A DNA stretch of 64,000 bases from an uncultured Synergistaceae bacterium (lineage in GTDB: Bacteria > Synergistota > Synergistia > Synergistales > Synergistaceae). The stretch spans positions 2,790-66,789 of the forward strand of contig CAZNYN010000006.1 of assembly GCA_964577295.1 (NCBI GenBank), written 5' to 3'. The notes under the pieces are model-generated. The model was not told the DNA's origin. It worked only from the letters and a program-made list of their open reading frames with translations, and made no database searches. A program made the position numbers and the translations under genes. Every line of letters starts with the position of its first letter. Positions within the stretch are counted from its first letter, which is position 1. Of the stretch, positions 55,531-64,000 are shown piece after piece.

Positions 55531-57303
55531 TTAGTTCACCGCTTTTTCCGGCTGTGGTTCCGTAAATTTTGTACCGTTAACAAGATAATTCAGCATCTTT
55601 CCTACAATAGGCCCTGTCACGGACGAACCGGCCTTGCCCGCTTCGGCTATGGCAACAACCACGTAGCGCGGCTTTTCCGCGGGAGCGTATCCTGCAAACC
55701 ATGCGTGGTCGTCTCCCTGAGTATTCTGAGCAGTTCCTGTCTTTCCAGCGACACTGACTCCGAAATTGTTTGATTTGCGCCCAGTTCCGCTCGTGGTGAC
55801 TTCAAGAAGCCCCGACCGCAGAATGTTTATTATCCCTTTATCAACGTCCAAAGGACTATATTGAACAGGAGCCGCAGAATTGAGTCTCGGCGTTAATAGT
55901 TTACCACCATTGGCGACGGCGGCATACGCCCTCAGCACTTGAAGAGGAGTCATAAGCACATAGCCCTGCCCTATGGAATAGTTTACAGTATCACCGCCGT
56001 ACCAGCTCTCTTTTATTCTCTTCTTCTTCCACTCGGGACCGGCTGTTGTTCCGGTTATCTCCCCCGGGATATCTATGCCAGTCTTGCTGCCCGCTCCGTA
56101 CTTTTTAGCCATTGCGGATAGTTTGTCAATCCCAAGCCAGACTGCGGTCTGGTAAAAAAAGACGTCACATGAGTCTCTCAAGGCGGCTTCCACATTTTCC
56201 GTACCGTGCCCCGACCGTTTCCAGCAGCGGAAGCGTCTGTCTCCAAGTTCAAAATAACCGGGGCATCTTACTGTCGTTCTTGTGTTGATAATGTGATTTT
56301 CCAACACGGCAGAGGCCGTAATTATCTTAAACGTAGAGGCTGGCGGATAGCCGCCGGATATAGCCCTGTTCATCATCGGACGTTCTTTGTGATCAGTGAG
56401 AGCCGCCCATTCCTTGCTTGAAATTCCCCATGTCAGCGGGTTGGGATCGTAACTGGGGGATGAGTAGAGACATTTTACGGAGCCGTCGTTGACATCCATG
56501 GCGATAATAGCACCCCTAAAATTTCCCATAAGCTCGGCTGCATAGCGCTGAGCGGCAAGATCCACGGTAAGAACTATATCTTTGCCGCGCTTTGACTCCA
56601 TGTAGCTCATATCTCTGAGTTTGCGCCCTCTGGAGTCAACTTCTATGACTTCTTCTCCCGCATCTCCGCGAAGCTCATCCTCATACGAATATTCTATACC
56701 ATTTTTGCCGATAGTGTCTCCGCCTCTGTATGGCGAACCCTTTCTGGACTCCAGTTCATCTTTTGTTATCTCGGAGACGTAGCCTACTATATGAGCGGTA
56801 TATTCAGCGGCAGGGTACGTCCGCCTCCAGACCGGGGAAAGAAAGAGAGCTTCCTTGAAATCTTTGTCCGCGACAAATTCTATTACCTGAGTAAAGGTAA
56901 GATTGGACGCTACTGTTATGGCCCTGTACGGAGCTGAGTACTGCTTTTCTATCAGAGCTTTGAGTTTTTCCTCGTCCATCGGTATTCCGTTGCGGCTAAG
57001 AAGATTTGCAACAAGCTTAAGATTTTTGTCCTTTTGCAAATCAATCGGGTAGCCATTTATGTTAAAAGTCCTTACATTAACTGCCAAAGGAGCACCGTAG
57101 GCATCGGTTATATTGCCGCGCGGCGGTATGATTCTGAGTATTCGAAGTCTGTTCTGCGAAGCGAGGCCGATATATTCGTCAGACCGTATTATCTGAAAGA
57201 AGACAAGAGCCGTTATAAGCAGAAAAACTGTGCATAATACGAGGAACTGCAGTGACATTATCCTCTTTTCCGCATTATAACGCTCGTACTGTGCGTTAGA
57301 CAT
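55531..57303 (-). CDS. mrdA: Penicillin-binding protein 2 (elongasome transpeptidase)
   Basis: Transpeptidase motifs STFK and KTGTA, an N-terminal TM anchor, and the mreD-rodA context. Confidence 0.88.
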   Translation of the reverse strand: MSNAQYERYNAEKRIMSLQFLVLCTVFLLITALVFFQIIRSDEYIGLASQNRLRILRIIPPRGNITDAYGAPLAVNVRTFNINGYPIDLQKDKNLKLVANLLSRNGIPMDEEKLKALIEKQYSAPYRAITVASNLTFTQVIEFVADKDFKEALFLSPVWRRTYPAAEYTAHIVGYVSEITKDELESRKGSPYRGGDTIGKNGIEYSYEDELRGDAGEEVIEVDSRGRKLRDMSYMESKRGKDIVLTVDLAAQRYAAELMGNFRGAIIAMDVNDGSVKCLYSSPSYDPNPLTWGISSKEWAALTDHKERPMMNRAISGGYPPASTFKIITASAVLENHIINTRTTVRCPGYFELGDRRFRCWKRSGHGTENVEAALRDSCDVFFYQTAVWLGIDKLSAMAKKYGAGSKTGIDIPGEITGTTAGPEWKKKRIKESWYGGDTVNYSIGQGYVLMTPLQVLRAYAAVANGGKLLTPRLNSAAPVQYSPLDVDKGIINILRSGLLEVTTSGTGRKSNNFGVSVAGKTGTAQNTQGDDHAWFAGYAPAEKPRYVVVAIAEAGKAGSSVTGPIVGKMLNYLVNGTKFTEPQPEKAVN

Positions 57304-57763
57304 GCTTGTCTGAAGCCTTCCAGTAAAGGAGGGAAATTATTATAATAACGGGCACTGCGAGAAGGGACTGCACAGTAATCTGTCTTACCGCGGCCTGGCT
57401 CGGTATCATCCAGAATATATAGTGGACTATGCCCGAAACAAGCTGAGCTGCCATAGATATTACGGTAAATAAGGTAACGGTTCTTCCCTGCGCGGGTGTT
57501 ATCTGCCACACAAAACATGCGGCAGAGACAACGGCTGCATTCACGGCGGCGGAGAGCCCCGTAAGATTTGTCCACCGAAGATCCCAAAGCAGACCGCCGA
57601 AAAACGCAGCCCAAATAAGTATTATCTGCCTGTCTTTCCTGTTGTTTGAAAGAAGAGCGCTCAAGATTATGCCGAGAAGGAATATATCCGGAACCATACT
57701 GAGCCCCATCATCAAAACCTGAGCGAAGTCCTGTATAAGCCAAAGTGCGGCAAGAGCAATCAT
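57296..57763 (-). CDS. mreD: Rod shape-determining protein MreD
   Basis: 155-aa polytopic protein between mreC and mrdA. Confidence 0.8.
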   Translation of the reverse strand: MIALAALWLIQDFAQVLMMGLSMVPDIFLLGIILSALLSNNRKDRQIILIWAAFFGGLLWDLRWTNLTGLSAAVNAAVVSAACFVWQITPAQGRTVTLFTVISMAAQLVSGIVHYIFWMIPSQAAVRQITVQSLLAVPVIIIISLLYWKASDKHV

Positions 57764-58551
57764 TTCACACCGGCCTCATATGCCACAAACACCTCTACAC
57801 TGTAAAGCTGTGTAAGGTGTGCGCCTGCTTGTAAATTCATCTGAATAAACCCTTCTCTCGACTCTCCGACAGAGAGAATTGTCCCTATCGGTATTCCCGG
57901 CGGGATAAGCTCGCTCATAAGCGATGTTGTAAGCTTCATTCCCCTTTTGAGCTGCCTGCTTTCGGGAATATAAAGAAGCTTCAGGTTGCCTTTATCATCT
58001 CCGTTGACGACACCGAGGTCACGCGTTTCATCCACAGCGGCGGCAATCATAAACGAAGACGAAGTTATAAGCTCCACCCACGAGTAATTGCTTCCGACTC
58101 TTACGACGCGCCCTATGAGAAAACCTTCCGACATCACGGCCGAACCTTCCTTGATGCCGTCCTCTGCGCCTTTGTCGATTCTGAGCTCCTGCCACCACTC
58201 TTCCGGGTAGCGCAGTGTCACCTGAGAGTAAACATAGCCTCCATGCATCTCCTTGGGTTTTGTCTTCGCCTTTTCAAGAGCTTCATACATAGCCATGTTC
58301 TTTTTTTCAAGTGCGGCAACTCTGTCTCTCAGCGATGAACGCTCCAATATCCAGTTGCCGCTCAGTTTTATCACATTGCGCAGCTCCATAACAGGCCTTT
58401 CGGGGTAGTAGAGCACTGTGTTGACTGCATCCACAAAAAACAATTGCCCTTTGGGGAAGGCAAACATCAGAAGCAACACGACAACCCCGAGTATAAACGC
58501 GACAGCACCGTGATACCATGGTTTTAACTCTCTGTTAGCAATCTGCATCAC
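57760..58551 (-). CDS. mreC: Rod shape-determining protein MreC
   Basis: N-terminal TM segment, a coiled coil, then a beta-rich domain. It lies downstream of mreB. Confidence 0.85.
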   Translation of the reverse strand: MMQIANRELKPWYHGAVAFILGVVVLLLMFAFPKGQLFFVDAVNTVLYYPERPVMELRNVIKLSGNWILERSSLRDRVAALEKKNMAMYEALEKAKTKPKEMHGGYVYSQVTLRYPEEWWQELRIDKGAEDGIKEGSAVMSEGFLIGRVVRVGSNYSWVELITSSSFMIAAAVDETRDLGVVNGDDKGNLKLLYIPESRQLKRGMKLTTSLMSELIPPGIPIGTILSVGESREGFIQMNLQAGAHLTQLYSVEVFVAYEAGVK

Positions 58552-58589
58552 TGCGTCTCCAAGTCAAAAAAGCACAGACGGACAGAGCT

Positions 58590-59654
58590 CTATCCGTTCT
58601 GTCTTTCGATTGTTATAGATACCTTGCGCTTTTCTTCCGGCGCCTCGAGTATTTTGCCAAGTCCCATAGCGACCGAGAAGAGCGGCTGTTCCGCTACATG
58701 GACGGGTACATTAAGAGCATCTGCGAAGCGCAGATTCAGACCGCGAAGCTGTGACGTGCCTCCCGTCAAGACTATGCCTTGGTCGACAATGTCTCTTACC
58801 AGTTCGGGCGGAGTCTGTTCCAAAGCGGAGCGAATAGTGTCCTCTATCTGGGCTACTACAGGTTCGATGGCTTCTCTGACCTCTGTGGAGGTTATCCTGA
58901 CAACCTTTGGAAGACCGTCTACAAGATCTCTGCCTTTGACATCAATCTTAAGTTCCTGATCGATGGGCATTGCGGAGCCCACTGCGATTTTAATCTCTTC
59001 CGCGGTGCTTTCTCCTATCGCAAGAGTGTAATTCTGGCGCATCATAGCTATAATATTTTCATCCAAAGAGTTGCCTGCCACACGCACCGCATGATTCAGA
59101 ACTATTCCTCCGAGGGAGAGAACGGCAACTTCGCATGTTCCGCCTCCCATATTTACAACCATACTGCCCTGCGGTTCGTATATGGGAAGTCCTATGCCGA
59201 CTGCTGCGGCAAACGGTTCTTCCACGACAAAAGCTTCCTTTGCCCCCGCTGCCAAAGTTACTTCGACAACGGCACGCTTTTCCACTTCTGTAACACTTGC
59301 GGGCACACAGACTGCGACTCTCGGATATGAGAACATACCGTTTGAACCTATGGCGCTCTTCATATAATGGCGAATCATGTGCTCCGTCATCTCAAAATCA
59401 GCTATGACTCCGTGAGAGAGAGGGCGTATTGTAGAAACACCCACAGGGGTGCGTCCTATCATCTTTTTGGCATCGGAGCCAAAAGCTATTATCTCTTTAT
59501 TACCCTTCCTTCCGAGACTGCGCACCGCTATGACGGAAGGCTCGTTTATGACGACACCCTTTGACTTGACATATATAACAGTGTTTACGGTTCCTATATC
59601 AATACCTATTTCATGGTTAAAAAAGTTAGGTTTAAAATTAAACAAACACGCCAC
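58590..59654 (-). CDS. mreB: Rod shape-determining actin homolog MreB
   Basis: IGIDIGTVNTVIYV and GGGTCEVAVLSLGG ASKHA motifs. The start is uncertain: GTG at 59654 or TTG at 59645. Confidence 0.92.
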   Translation of the reverse strand: MACLFNFKPNFFNHEIGIDIGTVNTVIYVKSKGVVINEPSVIAVRSLGRKGNKEIIAFGSDAKKMIGRTPVGVSTIRPLSHGVIADFEMTEHMIRHYMKSAIGSNGMFSYPRVAVCVPASVTEVEKRAVVEVTLAAGAKEAFVVEEPFAAAVGIGLPIYEPQGSMVVNMGGGTCEVAVLSLGGIVLNHAVRVAGNSLDENIIAMMRQNYTLAIGESTAEEIKIAVGSAMPIDQELKIDVKGRDLVDGLPKVVRITSTEVREAIEPVVAQIEDTIRSALEQTPPELVRDIVDQGIVLTGGTSQLRGLNLRFADALNVPVHVAEQPLFSVAMGLGKILEAPEEKRKVSITIERQNG

Positions 59655-59726
59655 CCGCTTTCAAAAATTTCCATTCGGCAAGCAAGCCGCCGAAAGATAA
59701 TTATCTCATATTTGCGGCATTTTACA

Positions 59727-60377
59727 TCACCGGACTTGCGCAAGAGCTCCGTCCGCCGCTATATAATGCCCTATCAATTTTATTCCGAGCACAGCCAAAG
59801 CACCTCTCACTTTATCCGTGAGAGCAATGTCTTCCACACTCGGGTACAGACTCCCGTCAGGGTGGTTATGGAGCAAAACCACGGAGAAAGCTCCGACTCT
59901 GACCGCTTTTCTGTAAAAAACAGGCAAATCCATATAAGCTCCGCTGAGCCCTCCGTAGGATATTATATCCTCCTCTATAACTTTTTCCCTGCTGTCGAGA
60001 AAAATTGCGTATATATTTTCTCTCTCCTCATATTTTGAATCAAGAGCAATTGCCTCAGCTCTTGCCTGCCACGTGCCTTTATCGGTTCTTTCCAAGGCTG
60101 ATATTCTCTTGCCAAGCTCCAGAACAGCCAAAAGAGTGGCACATTTCGCTCCTTTGAGTCCCTTTTCCTGCATGAGTTCGGCAGGAAGAGCATTTGAAAG
60201 TCCTGAAAGGCCTCCGAACTTTTCAAGCAGAGATGCCGAAAACGAGAGAACATCATTTCCGTTTGTCCCTGTACGCAGCAAAACAGCGATGAGCTCTACT
60301 ACGGAGAGAGAGTTCGGCCCTTTTGAGAGCAGTTTCTCCCTCGGGCGATCCTCATCGGAAAGCTGATCCAGTCTCAT
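59727..60377 (-). CDS. radC: RadC-like JAB-domain protein (UPF0758)
   Basis: N-terminal HhH-like region and a C-terminal JAMM motif (VVLLHNHPDGSLYPSVEDIALT). Confidence 0.85.
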   Translation of the reverse strand: MRLDQLSDEDRPREKLLSKGPNSLSVVELIAVLLRTGTNGNDVLSFSASLLEKFGGLSGLSNALPAELMQEKGLKGAKCATLLAVLELGKRISALERTDKGTWQARAEAIALDSKYEERENIYAIFLDSREKVIEEDIISYGGLSGAYMDLPVFYRKAVRVGAFSVVLLHNHPDGSLYPSVEDIALTDKVRGALAVLGIKLIGHYIAADGALAQVR

Positions 60378-60385
60378 GTCACAAA

Positions 60386-61024
60386 TCAGCGAGGCCAGTA
60401 GGGATTATACATCTTCTCCGCACCGATTGTCGTCTCAGGCCCGTGTCCTGGAAACACTCTGAGCTTATCGGGGAAGCCGTCAAGCTTCTGAAGCGATTCT
60501 ATAAGGGTGTCCTCGTCTCCGCCCGGAAGGTCACTCCTGCCTATCGACCTTGCAAAGAGTGTGTCCCCCGAAATGAGGAACTGCTCGTCGGCATCGGTAA
60601 CAAATAGGCAAATACCGCCTCTTGTATGGCCGGGGGTGTGAATGACCTTTATTGTCATTGTTCCTACCTTTATGACATCATTGTCCTTCAGCTCCTTATC
60701 GGGAGCGGAAAGCTCTATGGTGGACCCCAGCATCGCGGACAGGTTCTTGTTCGCATTGGAGAGAGCCTCTGCATCTTCATAGTGCACCGCGACGCCGTTT
60801 TCGGATATGTTCTTGAGATCCGGAATTCCGCCTATGTGGTCACTGTGCCCGTGTGTCAAAATTATCCAGTGCAGATGTATGTCATTTTCTCTTATAAAAT
60901 TTTCGACTTCCTCCGCAGGGCCTCCCGGATCAACCACAAAACCGTCTCCGTCACTGTTCCATACAAGATAGCAGTTTGTCCAAAGTGTGCCAAGCGCAAA
61001 CCTTTTAATTTTCATTGTTTTCAC
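60386..61024 (-). CDS. MBL-fold metallo-hydrolase (glyoxalase II-like)
   Basis: THGHSDHIGG metal motif; 212 aa. Confidence 0.8.
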   Translation of the reverse strand: MKTMKIKRFALGTLWTNCYLVWNSDGDGFVVDPGGPAEEVENFIRENDIHLHWIILTHGHSDHIGGIPDLKNISENGVAVHYEDAEALSNANKNLSAMLGSTIELSAPDKELKDNDVIKVGTMTIKVIHTPGHTRGGICLFVTDADEQFLISGDTLFARSIGRSDLPGGDEDTLIESLQKLDGFPDKLRVFPGHGPETTIGAEKMYNPYWPR

Positions 61025-61464
61025 TCCTTACTGTCTATCATAAGTGTAACGGGACCGTCGTTACAAATATTAACCTGCATATTAGCCTGAAAAACTCCCG
61101 TAGCCGTTACAATACCGCGTTTTACCGTCTCTGCGGCAAACTTCTCATACATGGCGTTTGCGAAAACAGGTTCAGCCGCCTTCACCCATGAGGGTCTTCT
61201 GCCTCTTTTGCAGTCACCGCAAAGCGTAAACTGAGATACAAGCAGAAGCTCACCGCTCTTATCAACAAGAGAGAGGTTCATCTTTCCGTCATCATCGTCA
61301 AAAATTCTCAGATTTATAATTTTTTCAACAAGCCAGGCGATATCCTTTTCAGTATCATCCGCTACAACTCCGAGAAATACACAGAGCCCTTTTGATATTT
61401 CTCCGACAGTCTCTCCCTCTACTGTGACTTTTGCATGTGTCACACGCTGTAAGAGTGCTTTCAA
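61021..61464 (-). CDS. dtd: D-aminoacyl-tRNA deacylase
   Basis: MKALLQRVTHAKVTV...SQFTL...GRRPSW...NDGPVT motifs; 147 aa. Confidence 0.9.
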   Translation of the reverse strand: MKALLQRVTHAKVTVEGETVGEISKGLCVFLGVVADDTEKDIAWLVEKIINLRIFDDDDGKMNLSLVDKSGELLLVSQFTLCGDCKRGRRPSWVKAAEPVFANAMYEKFAAETVKRGIVTATGVFQANMQVNICNDGPVTLMIDSKE

Positions 61465-61469
61465 ATCTT

Positions 61470-63791
61470 TTACCCCCTGATTATCTCTATGATGCCCGAT
61501 ATAGTATTCAATTTTGCTATTATCCTGTATAAATGCTCCAAATCACGGACTTGGACTTCCGCAACAATGCGCGTTCTCGTATTATTGACAATGTTAGCGG
61601 ATATAGCCCCTATACCTCCGTCCATGTTTGTAATATTCTGCACTACGTCGGCAAGCAAAGTCGCCTTCACCGTACCCTCAACCTTTATCCTTGCGGTATA
61701 CTTGGTCGATTTCGGCTTGCCCCATGATACGGCAACTTTCTTGGCAGGATCGGTCTTCTGAGTATTCGGGCAATCGGCTCTGTGTACCGTGATTCCTCTG
61801 TTAAGAGTAACACAGCCTACAATAGGATCCCCCGGTATGGGGCGGCAGCACTGAGCCAGAGAAACCAGCACTCCCTGAGCTCCCTCGACTATTATTTCGG
61901 AGTCAACCTCTTTGCGCGAAGGCGCGGATTGCGCCGGTATCGGCTCGGGAGTTGTCCTTGCATCAATCGAGGCTATTCTTCCCAATATACTCGCGGGAGT
62001 ATGGCTTCCGTTGCCTACAGACACTATAAGCTCTTCAAGGCTGAGGTAGCCCATCTCTCTCGCAATATGGCTGAGCTGTGACGACAACGCATCCAGAGGA
62101 TTCTCCACCCCGGGATTTCTGCGTCCGGCCTCTTTTTCCAGCAGCTCCCTGCCGCGCTTAATCTTTTCCTCGCGTTCCTGCCTATCCTGCTGACGGAACC
62201 ATGATTTTATCTTGCTTCGCGTCCTTGTGGACTTTACAATTTTGAGCCAGTCGCGCGACGGTTTGCCCTGAGGAGAGGTTAGTATCCTTACTATGTCACC
62301 GTTGTGCAGCTCCTGATCCATCGGGGCTATTCTGCCGTTAACCATTGCTCCGACACATTTATGACCTATCTCAGTGTGAATGGCATAGGCGAAGTCTATT
62401 GGATTTGAGCCGTTGGGAATTGATATTACGCTGCCCTTAGGAGTAAAGACAAATACTTCGGTGGAGAGAACATCCGTCTTTAGATTATCCAGGAAGTTTG
62501 CCCCTTTGCTCTCGTCCTCCTGGTTATCGGACGGAGCTTCAAGAGCTTTTCTTATCCACGTCAATCCCTTGTCGAGATTGTTAATCTTCTTTGCTCCCTC
62601 TTTGTAGTTCCAGTGGGCGGCAATACCGTACTCGGCGAGAGAGTTCATCTCTCCCGTCCTTATCTGAACTTCAAGAGGTTCTCCTGCAGGGCCGACAACA
62701 GTCGTGTGCAGAGACTGGTACAGATTACTCTTCGGATTTGCAATATAATCGTCAAACTGTCCCGGAATAGGCTTCCATATTGTGTGAACTATGCCAAGAA
62801 CCTGATAGCACTCAGCCACGCTCTTTACTATCACACGAAGAGCCAGAAGGTCATAAAGCTGCTCCAGCGACAGATTCTTTCTGCGCATTTTCTCATATAT
62901 GCTGTAGAAATGTTTCGGACGTCCTTTGATAGTTACTTCCAGACCGTCTTCGGCAACTTTTTGGGAAATTATGTCCATTGCCTCTTTGATTATCATTTCA
63001 CGCTCTGGGAGCTTCTTGCGCACGCGCCTTTTGATATCATAGTACATCTCGGGGTCAAGGATGCGGAACGAAAGATCTTCAAGCTCCCTTTTAACTTGGT
63101 ATATACCAAGCCTGTGGGCGAGGGGAGCATAAATTTCCAATGTTTCATGAGCGATGGAAAGCTGCTTCTCTCTTCTGTGGGAAGAAATAGTCCTCATATT
63201 GTGCAGTCTGTCGGCGAGCTTTATAAGAACAACTCTTATATCTTTTGCCATAACCACAAACATCTTGCGCAAATTTTCCGCCTGATAATCTTCGACGGTC
63301 TTAAATGGCAATTTGCCGAGCTTTGTGACTCCGTCTACAAGAGTGACAACGGATTCTCCAAACTTTTCTTTCAATACTTCGGGGGTAACGGGAGTATCCT
63401 CAAGCACATCGTGGAGCAGAGCCGCGGCCAGTGTCTCCACGTCTATCTCCATCGCGGCCAATATAGAGGCCACGCTGACAGTGTGTATTACATACGGATC
63501 TCCGCTGTAGCGGCGCTGTTCTCCGTGCGACTCCGCGGCAAAGACAAAGGCCTCTCCCACACACTTCATATCATCGCGCGGAAGGTACCTTTGAGCTTTT
63601 GCCCAGAGATCCTGCCATGCAAGGCGCAGTGACGTCACTCTCTGAGCTTCGGGAATACGCCCCCAATAGCCCTCCATGAGAGCTTGATGCTCCTTGCGGG
63701 ACATCTCCCCAGAATCTTTTTTCGCCACCTCGGAAAGATGTGCGGAACGAACATTTGTCGGGGCCTTGATATTATTATTAGCGTCATTCAT
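61470..63791 (-). CDS. rel: Bifunctional (p)ppGpp synthetase/hydrolase Rel (RelA/SpoT homolog)
   Basis: HD hydrolase domain (HDVLEDT), synthetase domain, and TGS and ACT domains. The start is ATG at 63791, or GTG at 63800. Confidence 0.92.
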   Translation of the reverse strand: MNDANNNIKAPTNVRSAHLSEVAKKDSGEMSRKEHQALMEGYWGRIPEAQRVTSLRLAWQDLWAKAQRYLPRDDMKCVGEAFVFAAESHGEQRRYSGDPYVIHTVSVASILAAMEIDVETLAAALLHDVLEDTPVTPEVLKEKFGESVVTLVDGVTKLGKLPFKTVEDYQAENLRKMFVVMAKDIRVVLIKLADRLHNMRTISSHRREKQLSIAHETLEIYAPLAHRLGIYQVKRELEDLSFRILDPEMYYDIKRRVRKKLPEREMIIKEAMDIISQKVAEDGLEVTIKGRPKHFYSIYEKMRRKNLSLEQLYDLLALRVIVKSVAECYQVLGIVHTIWKPIPGQFDDYIANPKSNLYQSLHTTVVGPAGEPLEVQIRTGEMNSLAEYGIAAHWNYKEGAKKINNLDKGLTWIRKALEAPSDNQEDESKGANFLDNLKTDVLSTEVFVFTPKGSVISIPNGSNPIDFAYAIHTEIGHKCVGAMVNGRIAPMDQELHNGDIVRILTSPQGKPSRDWLKIVKSTRTRSKIKSWFRQQDRQEREEKIKRGRELLEKEAGRRNPGVENPLDALSSQLSHIAREMGYLSLEELIVSVGNGSHTPASILGRIASIDARTTPEPIPAQSAPSRKEVDSEIIVEGAQGVLVSLAQCCRPIPGDPIVGCVTLNRGITVHRADCPNTQKTDPAKKVAVSWGKPKSTKYTARIKVEGTVKATLLADVVQNITNMDGGIGAISANIVNNTRTRIVAEVQVRDLEHLYRIIAKLNTISGIIEIIRG

Positions 63792-63815
63792 CCGTATCAC
63801 CGCCAGTTTGACGTA

Positions 63816-64000
63816 TCAGTCAATAACCATTTTCTCAAGTATGAGCTGCAGAGTTGTAATGTTTCTCCATGTATCCGGTCTTGGTTTGTAAACCCAGCCG
63901 GCAAGAGAATCTATATCCTGTATCATCTCGGCCGCGCCGAAACCCAGCAATGTCGGCCCTCCGAGATCTATCTTCACATGTTTGCCGTTTTTCCCGAGCG
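63816..64000 (-). CDS. recJ: C-terminal fragment of a probable single-stranded-DNA exonuclease RecJ (gene continues beyond the window)
   Basis: The translated tail ...GKNGKHVKIDLGGPTLLGFGAAEMI...WVYKPRPDTWRNITTLQLILEKMVID resembles the RecJ C-terminal OB-like region. It occupies the classic position upstream of rel. Confidence 0.5.
   Translation of the reverse strand, partial: LGKNGKHVKIDLGGPTLLGFGAAEMIQDIDSLAGWVYKPRPDTWRNITTLQLILEKMVID

Overview
This is a 64-kb chromosomal window from an anaerobic bacterium that looks like an amino-acid/peptide fermenter. Gene order and strong GGAGG-type ribosome-binding sites resemble Clostridia or Synergistota, but the taxon cannot be fixed from sequence alone. 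I saw no rRNA, tRNA, CRISPR array, transposase or integrase. The right part (38.7-64 kb) is one long minus-strand housekeeping block: recJ (partial)-rel-dtd-MBL hydrolase-radC-mreB-mreC-mreD-mrdA-minC-minD-minE-rodA-[B12/radical-SAM protein + DUF2344-like protein]-rng-smc-methyltransferase-rsmI-metG-tatD-tgt-tsaC. The left part (0-38.6 kb) is metabolic or accessory. It holds crcB, pepF, a LysE exporter, carbamate kinase, an AEC transporter, and a ComEC-type MBL protein with a DUF3006 protein. It also holds two paralogous ~1170-aa sensor diguanylate cyclases bracketing gpt, then an aminotransferase with a cupin protein. Next come a Mop-type 2Fe-2S/molybdopterin aldehyde oxidoreductase behind a Moco-riboswitch-like leader, and a threonine dehydratase. 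These are followed by a hydantoinase-A-like ASKHA protein, a cobalamin-dependent mutase-like protein and an orphan TRAP binding protein. The remainder is a [FeFe] hydrogenase with an AraC regulator, a YfcC transporter, pepD with an MFS transporter, and a betaine-type reductase protein-B module (grdI-grdH) with a BCCT transporter and an unrecognisable 325-aa protein. The items most worth a second look are: (1) the B12 mutase-like, ASKHA and TRAP-SBP module of unknown substrate; (2) the in-frame UGA plus SECIS-like hairpin that fuses two ORF-track fragments into GrdH; (3) the Moco-riboswitch candidate; (4) the diguanylate cyclase pair with a Cys-motif sensor module placed after the GGDEF domain; (5) an unannotated 42-codon ORF with a near-consensus promoter and RBS; and (6) several perfect palindromes and phased repeats in divergent promoter regions. 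All family assignments come from by-eye motif recognition; no database search was possible.
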